Positions 36,571 through 49,160 of a stretch of 64,000 nt of DNA are shown one piece after another. A model generated the notes under the pieces. That model saw nothing but the letters and a program-made list of their open reading frames with translations, searched no databases and had not been told where the DNA came from. The stretch is from contig OZ360246.1 of NCBI GenBank assembly GCA_977017645.1, positions 30,876,001-30,940,000 on the forward strand, given 5' to 3'. The position numbers and the translations under genes were made by a program. Source of the DNA: Torpedo marmorata (lineage: Eukaryota). Position 1 is the first letter of the stretch; each line of letters opens with the position of its first letter.

Positions 36571-36952
36571 GTGTGTCATCTACAAATGCTAGCAGTTCAG
36601 CACGAACTGCTGGTATTTATCTCTTTAATTGAGCAGAGGCTCATAAATCCTGCACAAAGGCTGGCATCCTGGATTTCCATTGTGCTGACCACTGGTGATT
36701 TCCTGATTACACTCCACCTTTGGACTCCTAATGTAAAACCTTCTGTTTTTACATTTTACACAAATAGATTTGAAGCCTGCTCTATTCAACTTTACGGATA
36801 GCCTCCATGGTTAGAAAGTAAGTGGATGAGATCTGCTTGGCAGACATAATGATCTTTTGTTTGTAGGTATTGTCTTATTAAAGCACTGTTGAAATGCAGC
36901 TGGATTTCCACAGATAAATATTAAAATACTGCTACATGGAATAATAACTTAC

Positions 36953-37103
36953 TGTCTGGTGCAGATGGACTATCCAGTCTCAGTTCCATGGGTACTTCCA
37001 GTTTGTTTTTCACTATTAGCGCTGAGCGGACAGTTATCACTTTTCTTGCACTCCCTTCAAGAGTCACAGAAAATACGACCCGTACAGGGGGAAGTGCCGA
37101 GAA
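36953..37103 (-). CDS. VPS13D: VPS13D coding exon 10: FSALPPVRVVFSVTLEGSARKVITVRSALIVKNKLEVPMELRLDSPSAPD
   Basis: tgcag acceptor, A|GTAAGT donor; 151 nt, phase 0 to 1. Confidence 0.96.
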
Positions 37104-37466
37104 CTGCAAGGTAAGAGAGAACAGTCTAATACCTTATTTATGAAGGATCACAGCAATCTGCGTAATGGTGAAATATACAAGTTGATCAACCATTCTTCAC
37201 TAAGTAGAAAACGAAAAAGGACTTCCCTATATTTCAGATAACAAAGTTCCAATTCTTTTTTGGTTAAAATCTCTAATAACTCAATAAATGATTTGATACA
37301 ATGTGTTCAAAAAATTCACGTTGATCTGTGCTGATAAATTACAAAGGATAGAAATTGTCTCCAGAGCTAAGCATAGAGTATTCAGACTTACATTTGATAA
37401 TTTTAGACCCATGACCTGATTTAAAGTACACATGGGAGAACTTGCATTTACATTACTAACCATGTT

Positions 37467-38023
37467 TTTTAAAAAATATATATTTTATTTAAAATTTTTA
37501 ATCACACGATAGTACATGTTTATAAATTTCAGAAATATCAAAATACATGTGATATATTTTCACCCTCCCCTCCCTCCCTCTCCCTAACCCACCCACCCCT
37601 ACTACTCTAATAAAAAAGAGAGAAAAGAAAAAAAAAGAATAGATAGTGGAGAATGTCAATCTAAAAGAAAACAACTATACATTAATTTTATTGTGGAACA
37701 CAGGTTCGCCAGTCAGACCCGATGGCAAGAGATCTTCAAATCTTTAAACCCACAGTTTTTATATATGGGCTCCATACCTTCAAAAATAAATGATATTTAT
37801 TATGTAAATTATAAGTAATTTTTTCAAGTGGTATGCATGAACGAAGTTCTGCATGCCATCTTTCTAACCCTCAATCTACATCACATTTCCATGTAATAGC
37901 AATGTATTTCCTTTTTTTTGGGGGAATATTTTATTTGTATTTTTTAAAGCCAAACATATTATCAATAACAAAAATAATACATCATCAAATATAATATTCG
38001 TCTGTTGACTATTATACTAAAAA
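37467..38023 (-). mobile_element. Composite L1 insertion: 3' ends of two different L1 families in tandem
   Basis: 37467-37911 encodes KYIAITWK..ERWHAELRSCIPLEKITYNL plus its own 3'UTR; 37912-38023 is the reverse complement of the 3' end of the L1 at 260-2005; single 15-bp TSD ATTACTAACCATGTT at 37452-37466 and 38024-38038. Confidence 0.88.
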
Positions 38024-38610
38024 ATTACTAACCATGTTAGTACGATATGTCAAAGTGCATTATTGTTCTGAATGTGGGTAAATATAGCAGGCAATTTGAA
38101 AACAGTCAATTTGAAAACAGTCTAGTCTCATAAGTGTCAAAGAGATGGCGACTGAAGGAGAAATATTGGCCATGGCACCAGGAAAATAGTTTCTCTTGGA
38201 TTTGTTCAACAGAAACTTGAATGTACACAGATGAAATAGAGGTAGGCAATTATGATATGTTCAATGATGCAATGTTGATGCAGTAATGCACTCTAGACCG
38301 AGTATTTAAATTATGGGGTTTAATCACTCGAACCTCTGATTCAAAAATTAGCATTACACAACTGAACCAGAGGGAACCGGTGACACTTCAATACAAGAAG
38401 AATGAAAGTATATATAACTAACACAAATTCTACATGATAATTGTACGCAGCATAGGAATTGAGTTATTCATCAATACAAGGAAAATCAGACAATTTGGAA
38501 CAATCAATGTTAAAGAAAATTGTAATACAGTACAAAAATATCCAATGATTTGAAAAAGTAACTTCAAATTAATGGTCAGTTATAATTTCATTATGCAGAT
38601 AGATGCTTAC

Positions 38611-38658
38611 ATATACATGTGGATGGATTATATTGGTCTTGCTAATGGGACTTCCAAC
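38611..38658 (-). CDS. VPS13D: VPS13D coding exon 9 (48-nt small exon): VGSPISKTNIIHPHVY
   Basis: cacag acceptor, TAT|GTAAGC donor; phase 0/0; matches recalled IGSPSSRTNIIHPQVY. Confidence 0.92.
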
Positions 38659-39670
38659 CTGTGGAACAAATAAAGTGGACAAGCATTACAAAAGCAACTG
38701 ATGTGTTAAATTTTATAACCATTTTTTCACCAGTGTCTGAAATTATAGCATTCATGAAATGTTTTGCATATTCTGGCAAATATTTAACAACCAATATTGA
38801 GAGGCAAGGTTTAATCTGAACTGCCCAGCAAGAAATTATTGGGATCTGGTTTTATATTCCACTGACAAAGGGCTATTTACCTGATCATGTTAGTTAACAG
38901 TGAGACAGAAGAGACTACATATTAACCCTTGATTTTGTTCAATGAATTATTGTTAGGATTTTACTTTAGGAGTGGAAAAGATGCAATTTTCCTTCCTCTC
39001 TTCTTTACCCTTGACTTGAATAGAATGCATCACAAGGAAACAAACTACTGGTCAAAACTCCAAGCTTCCTCATTCAGGCAAGATATTTCCTTCTCACTCA
39101 AAAGATCAAATGTATCAGTACAATTTAACAAATGCACCATTCTCTGGATAATTTCTCCTGAAATCTCTATTTGTTTTCTGGTCAATTAAATTGTGCTCTT
39201 GTGCTCTATCCTGTAGACAAACGGAAATGTACTCAAGTCTACATTATCAAAATCTTTGATAAATTTAATGATCTTGATTAGATCTTGATTAGATCATCCT
39301 CTAACAATAGGTGCAATCTTATAGTTCTTGGTATCATCTTTGGAAATAGCTTTTGCATCCTTACCAGTCTATCTGGATCTTTTTATAATTTGGCAACCCT
39401 ATTTATGTGATCCTTCAAGTACAACCTCAAACTGTTGACACAAATTGAGCATAACATCTGTGGTGATTTCCTTTTAATCCTTAGGTGATGTAGTTTTGCA
39501 TGCCAACTAAATGACCAAATGATTATTTGCAAAAAAAATTCTGAAACTGTTGCTCCTTCAGAACCTCATGTTATCAAGCTGAGGTACAGTAAAAACACAT
39601 TAGGGTTAGGGTTGAATTCTTAGAATTGAACTAGTTAAGACATATCACGTGCAGGCAATTTACCACGTAC

Positions 39671-39806
39671 CATGGAGGACTGGTTGTTTCGGTCTGGTGC
39701 TGCACACCGGAAGAAGATGCCGACTTTATCCACAGACACTGGGCTTACTTGTTCCCACCCATTCACCCGCACCAAAAGCTGATGAATCTTCAACTCGTGG
39801 GTATGT
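39671..39806 (-). CDS. VPS13D: VPS13D coding exon 8: (R)HTHELKIHQLLVRVNGWEQVSPVSVDKVGIFFRCAAPDRNNQSSM
   Basis: aacag acceptor, ATG|GTACGT donor; 136 nt, phase 2 to 0. Confidence 0.94.
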
Positions 39807-39958
39807 CTGTTAGTACAAATGCAAAACCATAACTATCTTGCACAGTGATGAGTGCATAATAATTTTACAATGAAACGACCATGACCAATGCAGCATAAAT
39901 ATGGATGCTGTGGTAACAAGGTTGTAGAAGGAATATCATTCTATCCTGTTTCACATAC

Positions 39959-40111
39959 CTGTGTCTTAGTTTTTCCCTGGCTTCAAACTCAAAAGGAACT
40001 TCTTCTCCTGGGAGCACCTCACACCACTTGCTGACATTGTGTTGGTCATCAAGATCAGCAACAGATTCTTCATGCATATAACCTGGGCTTTCACTGTGAG
40101 AAAGGGCCACT
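39959..40111 (-). CDS. VPS13D: VPS13D coding exon 7: (R)VALSHSESPGYMHEESVADLDDQHNVSKWCEVLPGEEVPFEFEAREKLRH
   Basis: tgtag acceptor, AG|GTATGT donor; 153 nt, phase 2/2. Confidence 0.95.
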
Positions 40112-41018
40112 CTACAATCAAAAACAACAATTTCTTCTTCACTGGAGGTGCATCGTATCACTATCATAGTCATAGCATCAGTTAAATCAAATGACATATA
40201 TCTGAGTGTTTTTAATTCTGAAGTCTTAAAAGAAACTTAATTTGAGGAAGAGAGATCAGTTGGAAGGAATGGCAATCAAGCCAATTGCTGCTGAATGATT
40301 AAGAACATTTAGAATAGTGAGATATCTGGAATTTATATTCAGTGAAGAGATTTGCAATGTCTGTGAATTCATCTTGGGCAACAGTCAATCCAAGGGACAA
40401 GCACACTGTTAAGATGGTGGAAACAATTACTGCTTTCAATCAAAAGTAAATCATATTTCAGAAGCAATGTTTTACGATCCAATATGCATGTAGCATGGGG
40501 TGCAAGGTGGATCAGGCTTCGGAAAAAGAAATGGTTTTATAACCATAATTTTCAAAATTCTCGATTGATTATTTTGCTCGATGATTAGTTAATAACTCCA
40601 TTGAATTTGTGTAATGACATGACCAACAAAATCCTGAGCAATGCTTGCATTACCATCTGCTCACAATGACAACATGTACTTTAACAACTCACACTAACAA
40701 AATTCCATCTACTTTCGATTGAGGTGTCAACTCAGAAATGTATGCTGCACATAATTTTCATTTTTTTTATTTTAAATGGCACATTTTGTTTTCAACCATT
40801 GCTTCTGAAGCATACTGATTTCTTTTTATGGACTTTGCACGCTTTATTTGTTTTAACCAGTGTTGGAAACATATTTTAGATTTACACAATGTAATAATGC
40901 AAAAATTAATGGTGCTTTTGCTTTACACTCTTCGCCTGATTAGATATTTATAATGGAACATCCAGACATCAACCATTATTGTTAAAGGAACTCACAAGAG
41001 ATCACAAAAATTCCACAC

Positions 41019-41124
41019 CTTGTTGGAGTGGTTGTGAGAGTGGCAAACCACATGGTGCATCCTGTGTGGTTCCTGAGAGCATAAGGCACGAATGGTTGCC
41101 GTCGCTTTGGTATCTTGTCTTCGA
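41019..41124 (-). CDS. VPS13D: VPS13D coding exon 6: EDKIPKRRQPFVPYALRNHTGCTMWFATLTTTPT
   Basis: tacag acceptor, AG|GTGTGG donor; 106 nt, phase 1 to 2; first VAB repeat (PY.LRN.TG). Confidence 0.95.
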
Positions 41125-41829
41125 CTGTAAAAGGAAATGGATGTTAGAATAAAAAGTCTTTGCTGATAAGAATTGATTATTTGTAGACTTGGATTTGTTT
41201 TTTTGGAAATTCTGTTGTAAATGTAAACCCTAATTACTCTTGAGAAGTTGGTGTTGCTGCAGTCCTTTTAATAAACATACTCCTGCAGTGATATTAGGTA
41301 GAGAGTTCCAGGATTTACACCCAGTGATGATGAATATAGTTCCATATTAGAACTTTCGGGAGAAGCTATAGGCTGAGAATATTCCCATGTGCTTGCTACC
41401 CTGGTCCTTTTGGCAGCAGAGGGTGTAGGTCTTGGAAGTGCTTAGTGAGGAAATGCAATGCATCTTGCAGATAGTACACACTGCAGTCACGGTGCAGAGT
41501 GGAGAGAATATTTAGGCTGGTGGACTGGTTTGTGTGAGATGGGTGCAAGGAGAGAAGAGTGGGATCCAATCAAGTGGACTGCTGATCCCTGAACTGTGTG
41601 AGCTTCTCGAGTGTTGATGGAGCTGCACACAACCAGGAAAATGGAGAATATTCCATTATACTCCTCACCTATCCTTGTCGATAGTGGAAACATTTTGAGG
41701 TGTTAGGAGATGAGTAACTCGTGAGAGGATATCCAGACTAATTAATGCTTTCTGATTTGTCTCATTTTCTCTCACACTTCTCAGCTTAAATGTTATTTAT
41801 GTCTTGGGCTTTATTCCTTCAGCTAGGAA

Positions 41830-42685
41830 CCACCATTGTTGGCCAAATAACCAGAAATGATGAGTAATAGTACAGAATGGAGAATCCTGTTGGGTGGTGC
41901 TAGAACAACAATCTTGATCTCAATGTCACTAATACCAAAAAGCTTATTGTGGATTTTAGGAGAGGGAGGTGGAGGGACTGTGCACCTGTCCTCATTGATG
42001 GGATGGTAGTGGAGAGGAGCTAGTACCTTCAAGTTCCTGGGAGTCAACATGTTGGAGGACTTCTCCTGGAGCCAGCACATCAAGGCAACCATGAAGAAGG
42101 CACACCAACACCTCTCCTTTCTTAGGAAATTTGGCATGTCAACAAATACTCTATCAAACTTCCACACTGTGGAAAGCATACTGACTGGTTGCATCACAGC
42201 CTGTTTTGGGAATTCAACTGTGTCAGGAACACAGGAGGCTGTAAAAGGTAACAAACATCACATACATCTCCATCACAGGCTCCGACTACCCCCCCCCCCC
42301 CAAACCCCACCCCAATCCGGTGAGTATGAAGTTCTGCTTCAAGAAGGCAGCCAACATCATAAAGGACCCCCATCACCCTGGTCACAATCTCTTCTCACTG
42401 CTATCTTCGGATAGAAGGTGTAGAAGCCCGAAGACCAGCACCTCAAGGTTCAGTTTCTTTCCAACAGCTATCAGATTGTTGAACGTCCCCTTGTTACACT
42501 AATCAGGGACTGCTCTGCTACCCAAAAAGGATTGAACTGCACTATTGTAAAGTCACTTTAAGTCGCTTTGAATATTTATCTTTATTCAGCTCTTTTTCTT
42601 TCAATTACATGTACGATTGTGGTTGTAGTAAGTTGTTTTTGGTCCCTATGTACATTGTACAATGCAAGTAACAATAAACTCATTT
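41830..42685 (+). mobile_element. Decayed Rex1-like LINE 3' fragment
   Basis: FKFLGV, TVESILTGCITACFGN, IIKDPHHPGH.LFSLL, FFPTAIRLLN. Confidence 0.8.
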
Positions 42686-43546
42686 TAAATGAAGTTAAAA
42701 CCTGTTTTATTACCAAACGAAATTCTGAATAATCTATTCAAGTATATGTTGAACATTTTGTATTATATAGTGCACATTGTCCCAAACAGCAGCTCCCAGC
42801 ATGAATTACTTTTGTTTAGATGATGGATATATCATCAAAAGCAGTAATATATATCAATTAATTGTTCAAGTCAAGCTGAGAGGAATATGGCATAGCAAGT
42901 TAAGGAACTGGTAAAGTAGATAGAAGACATCTGAGAATCAAGATAAGCATCCATGAAGAGAATTAAGGCATATTTATAAACACCAACAGGAAGAGCATTA
43001 GCATAGCACTAAAATGATATGTCTAACAAACAAATGAAGTTGATAAATGTTAATTATTAAAATTAAACACCAGTTCCAAGATCCATCCGAAGCAATGCAG
43101 CACTGCCCTGGGAGTAGCAAGCAGCTGGCTTGACAGTGCAGTTAAAGTATTTGGTAATATATGCTTAGTTATTGCACTGGTGTGGAAGGAATATCAAGTT
43201 TTATGAGCATGATACAAACGATATAGCTTTGTGTGTGTATAAAAACAGTGCACACATCTTTGTTTCTATTACATTAAGCTGGCAAGCTTGGTGTTGCTAA
43301 CTTCCAAATGTGTGATTTCTGTAGTTCTTTCCATCAATCTTGGTTTCAAGATGGAGCTTCTAGTTCACACAATAGATTCATCTAAGTTGGTAGGAGTACT
43401 GGTGCTGATACACAGTAAAGGCAACTCCCACATTACAGCCTATTAATGAACATTCTGTTCAGTTAACAGAAATTCACCCCAACAGAATACATACAGCACA
43501 ATATAAAATTTGAGATATGGAATAAAATTCTCAAATTTTAGAAGGA

Positions 43547-44326
43547 ACTTTGGAAGGAAAAATGGAAAATCAGAGTATTATTTAAATGGTAAGCGATTGC
43601 AGCATGCTGCCGTGCAGAAGGACTTGGGAGTGCTTGTGCATGAATCACAAAAGGTTGGGTTGCAGGTGCAGCAGGCTATCAAGAAGGCAAATGGAATGTT
43701 GGCCTTCATTGCTAGAGGGATGGAATTTAAGGGCAGAGAAGTTATACTGCAACTGTACAAGGTACTGGTGAGGCAGCATCTGGAGTACTGTGTGCAGTTC
43801 TGGTCTCCTTACTTGAGAAAGGATGTATGGGCTTTGGAGGCGGTGCAGCGGAGATTCACCAGGTTGATTCCAGAGATGAGCGGGTTAGCCTATTAGGAGT
43901 GATTGAGTCGTCTTGGACTGTACTTGCTGGAATTTAGAAGAATGAGAGGGGATCTTATAAAAACATATAAAATTATGAAAGGCATAGAGGTAAGTCAGTT
44001 ATTTCCATTGGAGGGGGAGACCAGAACTCGGGGACATAGCCTCAAGATTAAGGGTAGTACATTTAGGACGGAGATGAGGAGGAACTGCTTTTCCCAGAGG
44101 GTGGTGAATCTGTGGAATTCGCCCATTGAAGTAGTGGAGGCTACCTCAGTAAATATGTATAAGACAAGGTTGGATAGATTTTTACACAGAAGGGGAAATA
44201 AGGGATATGGGGAAAAGGCAGGTAGGTGGAGGTGAGCGTATCATCAGATCAGAAATGATCTCATTGAATGGCAGAGCAGGCTTGAAGGGCTGGATAGCCT
44301 ACTCCTGCTCCTAATTCTTATGTTCT
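43547..44326 (+). mobile_element. CR1-clade LINE 3' fragment (relatively young)
   Basis: KDLGVLV, KKANGMLAFIARG, LYKVLVRQHLEYCVQFWSP, RRMRGDL, FSQRVVNLWN; 3'UTR ending TTCTTATGTTCT. Confidence 0.92.
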
Positions 44327-45239
44327 CTCTCACAGAGTATAAAAAAAACTTTTTTCTTTTAAACTCATTTCTTGACACGTGCAGATAATGAGGACTTGGT
44401 TTGTGCAAATTCATAAAACAGACGATTTACTTGGAACACAACTAACCCCCTCCATAATACAGAGTCTGCTTGTAGTCATTTTTTGCACCCAAATAATCAC
44501 AGAATGAAAGGTGACACTGATAGGTCATTTGCTTTCAACGATCATGGAAACTTAGTCATAACTTGCAATGATTTAGTTTAGAATTTATACAATAATGAAA
44601 AAATGTTAAATTACAAAATTAAAAGATGAAATCAGAACTTGGCTGCATGTAAATGTCAGGAGTCAATTTCCTCAGCAATGGATACAAAATTGGCCAAATG
44701 TACGTTTGATGGCCTTTCCAAGTTTCGGAATATTAATTTCAACAATCTGAAGATCAGATGAGCTATATATCGGGTGTGCACGAGTGTGACCTGTTCTCGT
44801 CTGGCTCCCCAGCATGAATGCTTACGTGAAAAGTACCCACAGATTTCAATTTGTGAACAAAAGAATTAGATAATTACCAAAGAATTGGCTTGGTCCTTAA
44901 GAAGCACAATACAAAAAGAGAAAGAATGACTTGGTATCAGAAAGGACAACAGAGAAGCAACATGTTTATTTTATGCTAATCTACAGAACATTAAATAGCT
45001 AACTGCCTTCTCAGTTGAGCTCAGCACTGCTAAAATTCAAACCTCATGTCTGTGACAAAATTCAACAGTGGACATTATCAGTGGGAACAGCTGACCAAAC
45101 TTAACTATTGATACCTGATCCTAGCATGCTTAATTGTGATGTTTCTCAAACTAAAATCTTGAATGAAAATCAAAGAAAATTCAAAAATGTTTTATGAACA
45201 TTTTTGAAAGCAGATACATCACCAGATCCCAGAAGAAAT

Positions 45240-46030
45240 ATATTCTTGTCTGCTAAAAGCAGAAAGGAAAGAAATTGCAGAGGCTCTTATAATCATTTTC
45301 AATCATCCCTAGCTACAGGAATGGTATTGGTGGTGCTTAAAAAGAGATAAGATAGTAACTGCAGACGGTTAGTTTAACTTCAGAGGTGAGCAAATTATGA
45401 AAGTCAATCCCCAGGGACAGTATAATCCTTCATACAAGAGGTTTTCCTTTATCAGCCAAGACATACCGGTAGATAAAAAAAAAGCAGGGAGGTTTATGCT
45501 AGAACTGTATAAAATACTTATTTGACCATTGCTCAAGAAACGTGCAGATTATCATATTACAGGACAGATCCACTGCAGAGGACATTTTTGAGCACGTTGC
45601 CAAGATGAAAATTTTTAGCTGACATATTAAGTTAAAGCTATTTTCTTTGGAACAGAAGAGCCTGATCGAAAACTTAAACAAGGTGTATAAAATTACAAGG
45701 GACTTGAATAGAGTAAACAGTAATCTAATTTCCTTAGGGGCCAAAAAAACAAGTCACATGTATTTAAAGTAATTGATGGAAAGTTAAGAAAAAAGACAAG
45801 GAGGAAATTTTTCACCTGGAGATGAGAAAGGTCTGAAACTCAATGCCTGATGGGGTTGTAGTGGCCAAAGTCCTCACCAGGCAAAAAGCAATTGCATGCA
45901 TACGTGAAGATCCGTAGCCTTCATGGTTATGGATCAAGTGCTTGATGTTTGGAGGAGGTGGGGTACTTTTTTGACTGGTGCAGATACAGTTGACCAAATG
46001 GCCTTTTGTTATAAATTTCCTATGATTCTA
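45240..46030 (+). mobile_element. Highly decayed CR1 remnants
   Basis: EIAEAL..IF, PVSLTS-like, and FSLEQK..VYKI..GLNRV remnants; approximate. Confidence 0.5.
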
Positions 46031-46184
46031 GTATTCAGAGCTGCACGGTGAAGCAAAGGAAAGAGAATAGACTTGGCATCTTTTTAGTCAGCATGCTATC
46101 TGTGAATTAACTGAGGGAAAAAAAAACACTGGCAGCAAGTTGAACTGCTCTTCTTCCAGTTGGCTGAAACCATCTCTAGCATTA

Positions 46185-46748
46185 CCGAATATACTCGTGT
46201 TATAGTCGAGTTTTGGGGACCAATTTTTCGTGTCAAATTTGGGGGGTTGACTTTTACACGGATACTACTCTTGACCGCGATAAGTATCTGCGTCGTTCAA
46301 GGCGTCAGGTACTTGGATGGCCGGGATTGGGTGGTAAGTCCGCGTTCGGGGTGTCGGGAGCTCGGATCGGTGGACGGCCGAGGTGAGGACCCGGGGCCGG
46401 GGTGCCGGGAGCTCGGGCGGGGCGCCAGGAGCTCGGGTGGGCGGGAGGCCGGGGCACCGGGAGCTCAGGTGGGCAGGCGGCTGGGGCGCCAGGATCTCAG
46501 GTGGGCGGGAGGCCGGGGCGCCGGGAGCTCGGGTGGGCGGGAGGCCTGGGCGCCGGGAGCTCGGGTGGGCGGGAGGCCGGGGCGAAGATCTGCGGTCGGG
46601 GTGATGGGAGCTCGGATGGACAGCTGGTCGGGGCCAAAAATAGGTGGGCCGACTTTTACAAGGGATATAGAGAAAATACATGATTTTTGGGCCATAAAAG
46701 GGGGGGTCGACTTTTACACGGTATCGACTATTACACAAGTATATACAA
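46185..46748. mobile_element. Non-autonomous Tc2/pogo-like MITE
   Basis: TA TSD at 46183-46184 and 46749-46750; TIRs CCGAATATACTCGTGTTATAGTCGA / TCGACTATTACACAAGTATATACAA; repeated GACTTTTACA subterminal motif. Confidence 0.82.
46395..46585. repeat. GC-rich ~32-bp minisatellite (about 5-6 copies)
   Basis: GGGAGCTCGGGTGGGCGGGAGGCCGGGGCGCC units. Confidence 0.9.
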
Positions 46749-48207
46749 TACAGAACTTACAATACTAAGCAACTCTGCATTAATTCTTGAACAACTCAGG
46801 TGGTCCAATTGATCTGGATAATTGCGACCATTTTTGTTTCAGTAATCTACAAGATATGTAACCTTGTAAAAAAGAACTAACGGTGACCATTACAGTAGCT
46901 CACCTGACAGTTACAATGGCACATTTCCAAATTGTAATGTTTCAGCTGAGAGAAGACTCTTAGTTGGAAGGTAAACATACAAAAAAGTTGTAATATATAA
47001 ATTGTTAACAATTCACATTTTTCTCACCAAAATTTCAAAAATCATTGTGAAGGTTAATTGCAAATGGACAAGTCACAATTAAAAAAACCTTTTACTCACT
47101 TGAAAGCCACTATGAAGTAAAGGGTTGCTAATATTTCAATTACTAGATTAATGTGAGAACAGGATTTAATTGTCTATCAATGGATGCAGTAATATCATAA
47201 AATACTTAGACCAAATAATTTGATCAAATCCATGGTTAGGCATACGTTGCCTGTCTTCCCAGCAATACTTTACATCATGATCCTAGTGCTTAATGGGAAC
47301 TTCTGATGTTATCAGAATGTGTAACAATGCTTGGAAGGTTAAACTAAAAACAAAACAATGGTCAATGTAAGTCTGCTCCTGTCAGTCACTGATCAGGATT
47401 CAAATCAGTAAAAGATATGATTTCCATGTTGGAGCAGAGCTTCAGATAAGGGAGAATCATGATTGAAAAAATGTTTTCCAAGATTTTAAAGGTGAACAAA
47501 AAAAACCAAGAGGGTTTTGTAAGATACAATGATTTCCATGAGATGAGTGCATGGGAGAGAAGAATTAAGAGTGCATGGAGTTCGAAGCCCACTTTAAATG
47601 GCCTTGAAGGATTTCTTAAAGGGTTAAAGCACCGCTTGTTCATTTGTTGTTCTTACCTTGGATTTTGTGCTGGGTTACTGAGAGTACACGACTCCTCAGT
47701 TAAGTCTACATTTTTGGGTTCTGTGTTTTGAAAGTTAACCATGCTCATGGTAGGCATTTGGGAGCTCTTAATCAATGGTCTATTTTGCATGTTGTAAGAT
47801 AACAATTTAAATTTTTGTCACCTCCCACAAACCTGACTAGCAGGAGAGGAGAATACTGTAAAATTAAAATTATTTGGGTACAAATTACTGAAGATTTTTT
47901 TTATTGCCCAGATGAAAAACAATTTATAACGGCATCAGAGTTAAAAAGTAATCGAATTAGCCTACATTTAGCAAACAGCCTGTGAAGAAAACTACAAAAC
48001 ACATGCCAAGAGAGTCAAAGTAACAAAAATGCTTGAGCACTGTAGAGCAAATGAATGGACAATGTACCCTGACGTCTGACCAGTAAACTAAAACAGCACA
48101 GATAAAATACAAGACAACAATCAATTTCTGTTTTTTTTTGGTGTGATGCACTGTAGCTTGTATGATAAGTTATATTCTTCACACATTCCCACTAACTGGT
48201 ACCATAC

Positions 48208-48282
48208 CTCTGGCAAATATCTGCCGCTCTAGGTTTGTCAGACTGGCAGTGCTTCTCGATCTAAGATAGGCAAGAGGGTTGC
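48208..48282 (-). CDS. VPS13D: VPS13D coding exon 5 (75-nt symmetric exon, probable cassette): (S)NPLAYLRSRSTASLTNLERQIFAR
   Basis: Long CT tract then gtcag acceptor, G|GTATGG donor; phase 1/1; matches recalled SLPLVYLRTRSTASLTNLEHQIYAR. Confidence 0.9.
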
Positions 48283-48674
48283 CTGACAGAGTGAGAGAGA
48301 GAGGGAAGTTGAGTTAGAAAGAAAAAAGTTTACTTGCCCAGATAAACAGTAACACACTGGAGACACACAAGACTGTTTGGCTTCATATTCCAGCATCTGG
48401 TATCTGCTGGAGGAGTTCACTAGTCAAACTTGATCCACTGTTTGTCCAACAGTGACACATTGTAGTTCCAACTTACATGAGTGAATTTTATGACGTGAAG
48501 ATTATGCAATGGTTCGTTATAACAAATGGTATCATAACGTCAAACTAGTGATGAGATGACAACTACAGACACTGATCTCCAAATGCCTCTCAGTTTGGGC
48601 AGCATAACATTAAAATAGCTTGTGGGCCCATTGCACACAATGGGAATATTTAAAATAACAACGTATGTTACCAA

Positions 48675-49160
48675 ATGTCACCGAAGACTCTCGTAAACTT
48701 CTACAGGTGTACCGTGGAAAGCATTCTGGCGGGTTGCATCACTGCCTGGTATGGAGGTGCCAACTCTCAGGACAAGAATAAACTACAGAGGGTTGTTAAC
48801 TCGGCCTGCACCAGACTTCACTCCATCGAGGACATCTACATGAGGCGGTGTCTTAAAAAAGAAGCCTCTAACCTCAAAGATCCCCACCACCCAGGCCATG
48901 CCCTCTTCACTCTGCTACCATCAGGAAAAAGGTACAGGAGTCTAAAGACGAGCACTCAACGGCACAAGGACAGCTTCTTCCTCGCTGGTATCAGATTCCT
49001 GAATAATCAATGAACCAAAGACACTGCCTTACTTTTCGTGCACTATTATTTATATTTTTTTATAGTAATGTCATAAGATGGTAATAATATAAATGTTTAC
49101 ACTATGATGCTGCCGCAAAACACCGAATTTCATGACTTGTTCATGACAATAAATTCTGAT
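48675..49160 (+). mobile_element. Rex1/Babar LINE 3' fragment
   Basis: ORF 48675-49013 FYRCTVESILAGCITAWYG...DPHHPGHALFTLLPSGKRYRS; tail AATAAATTCTGAT. Confidence 0.9.

Noticed and set aside
39662-39670. Alternative donor G|GTAAAT 7 nt beyond the called donor
   Set aside because: Would shift the frame relative to the phase-0 exon at 38658
46160-46768. Overlapping Gly/Arg/Pro-rich ORFs as a novel gene
   Set aside because: Explained by a stop-poor GC minisatellite inside a MITE
47657-47779. Possible extra 123-nt minus-strand exon with a strong AAG|GTAAGA donor
   Set aside because: Open only in phase 2 while the host intron is phase 1 (immediate TGA); acceptor lacks a pyrimidine tract; no recalled VPS13D similarity. 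A poison exon cannot be excluded without RNA-seq
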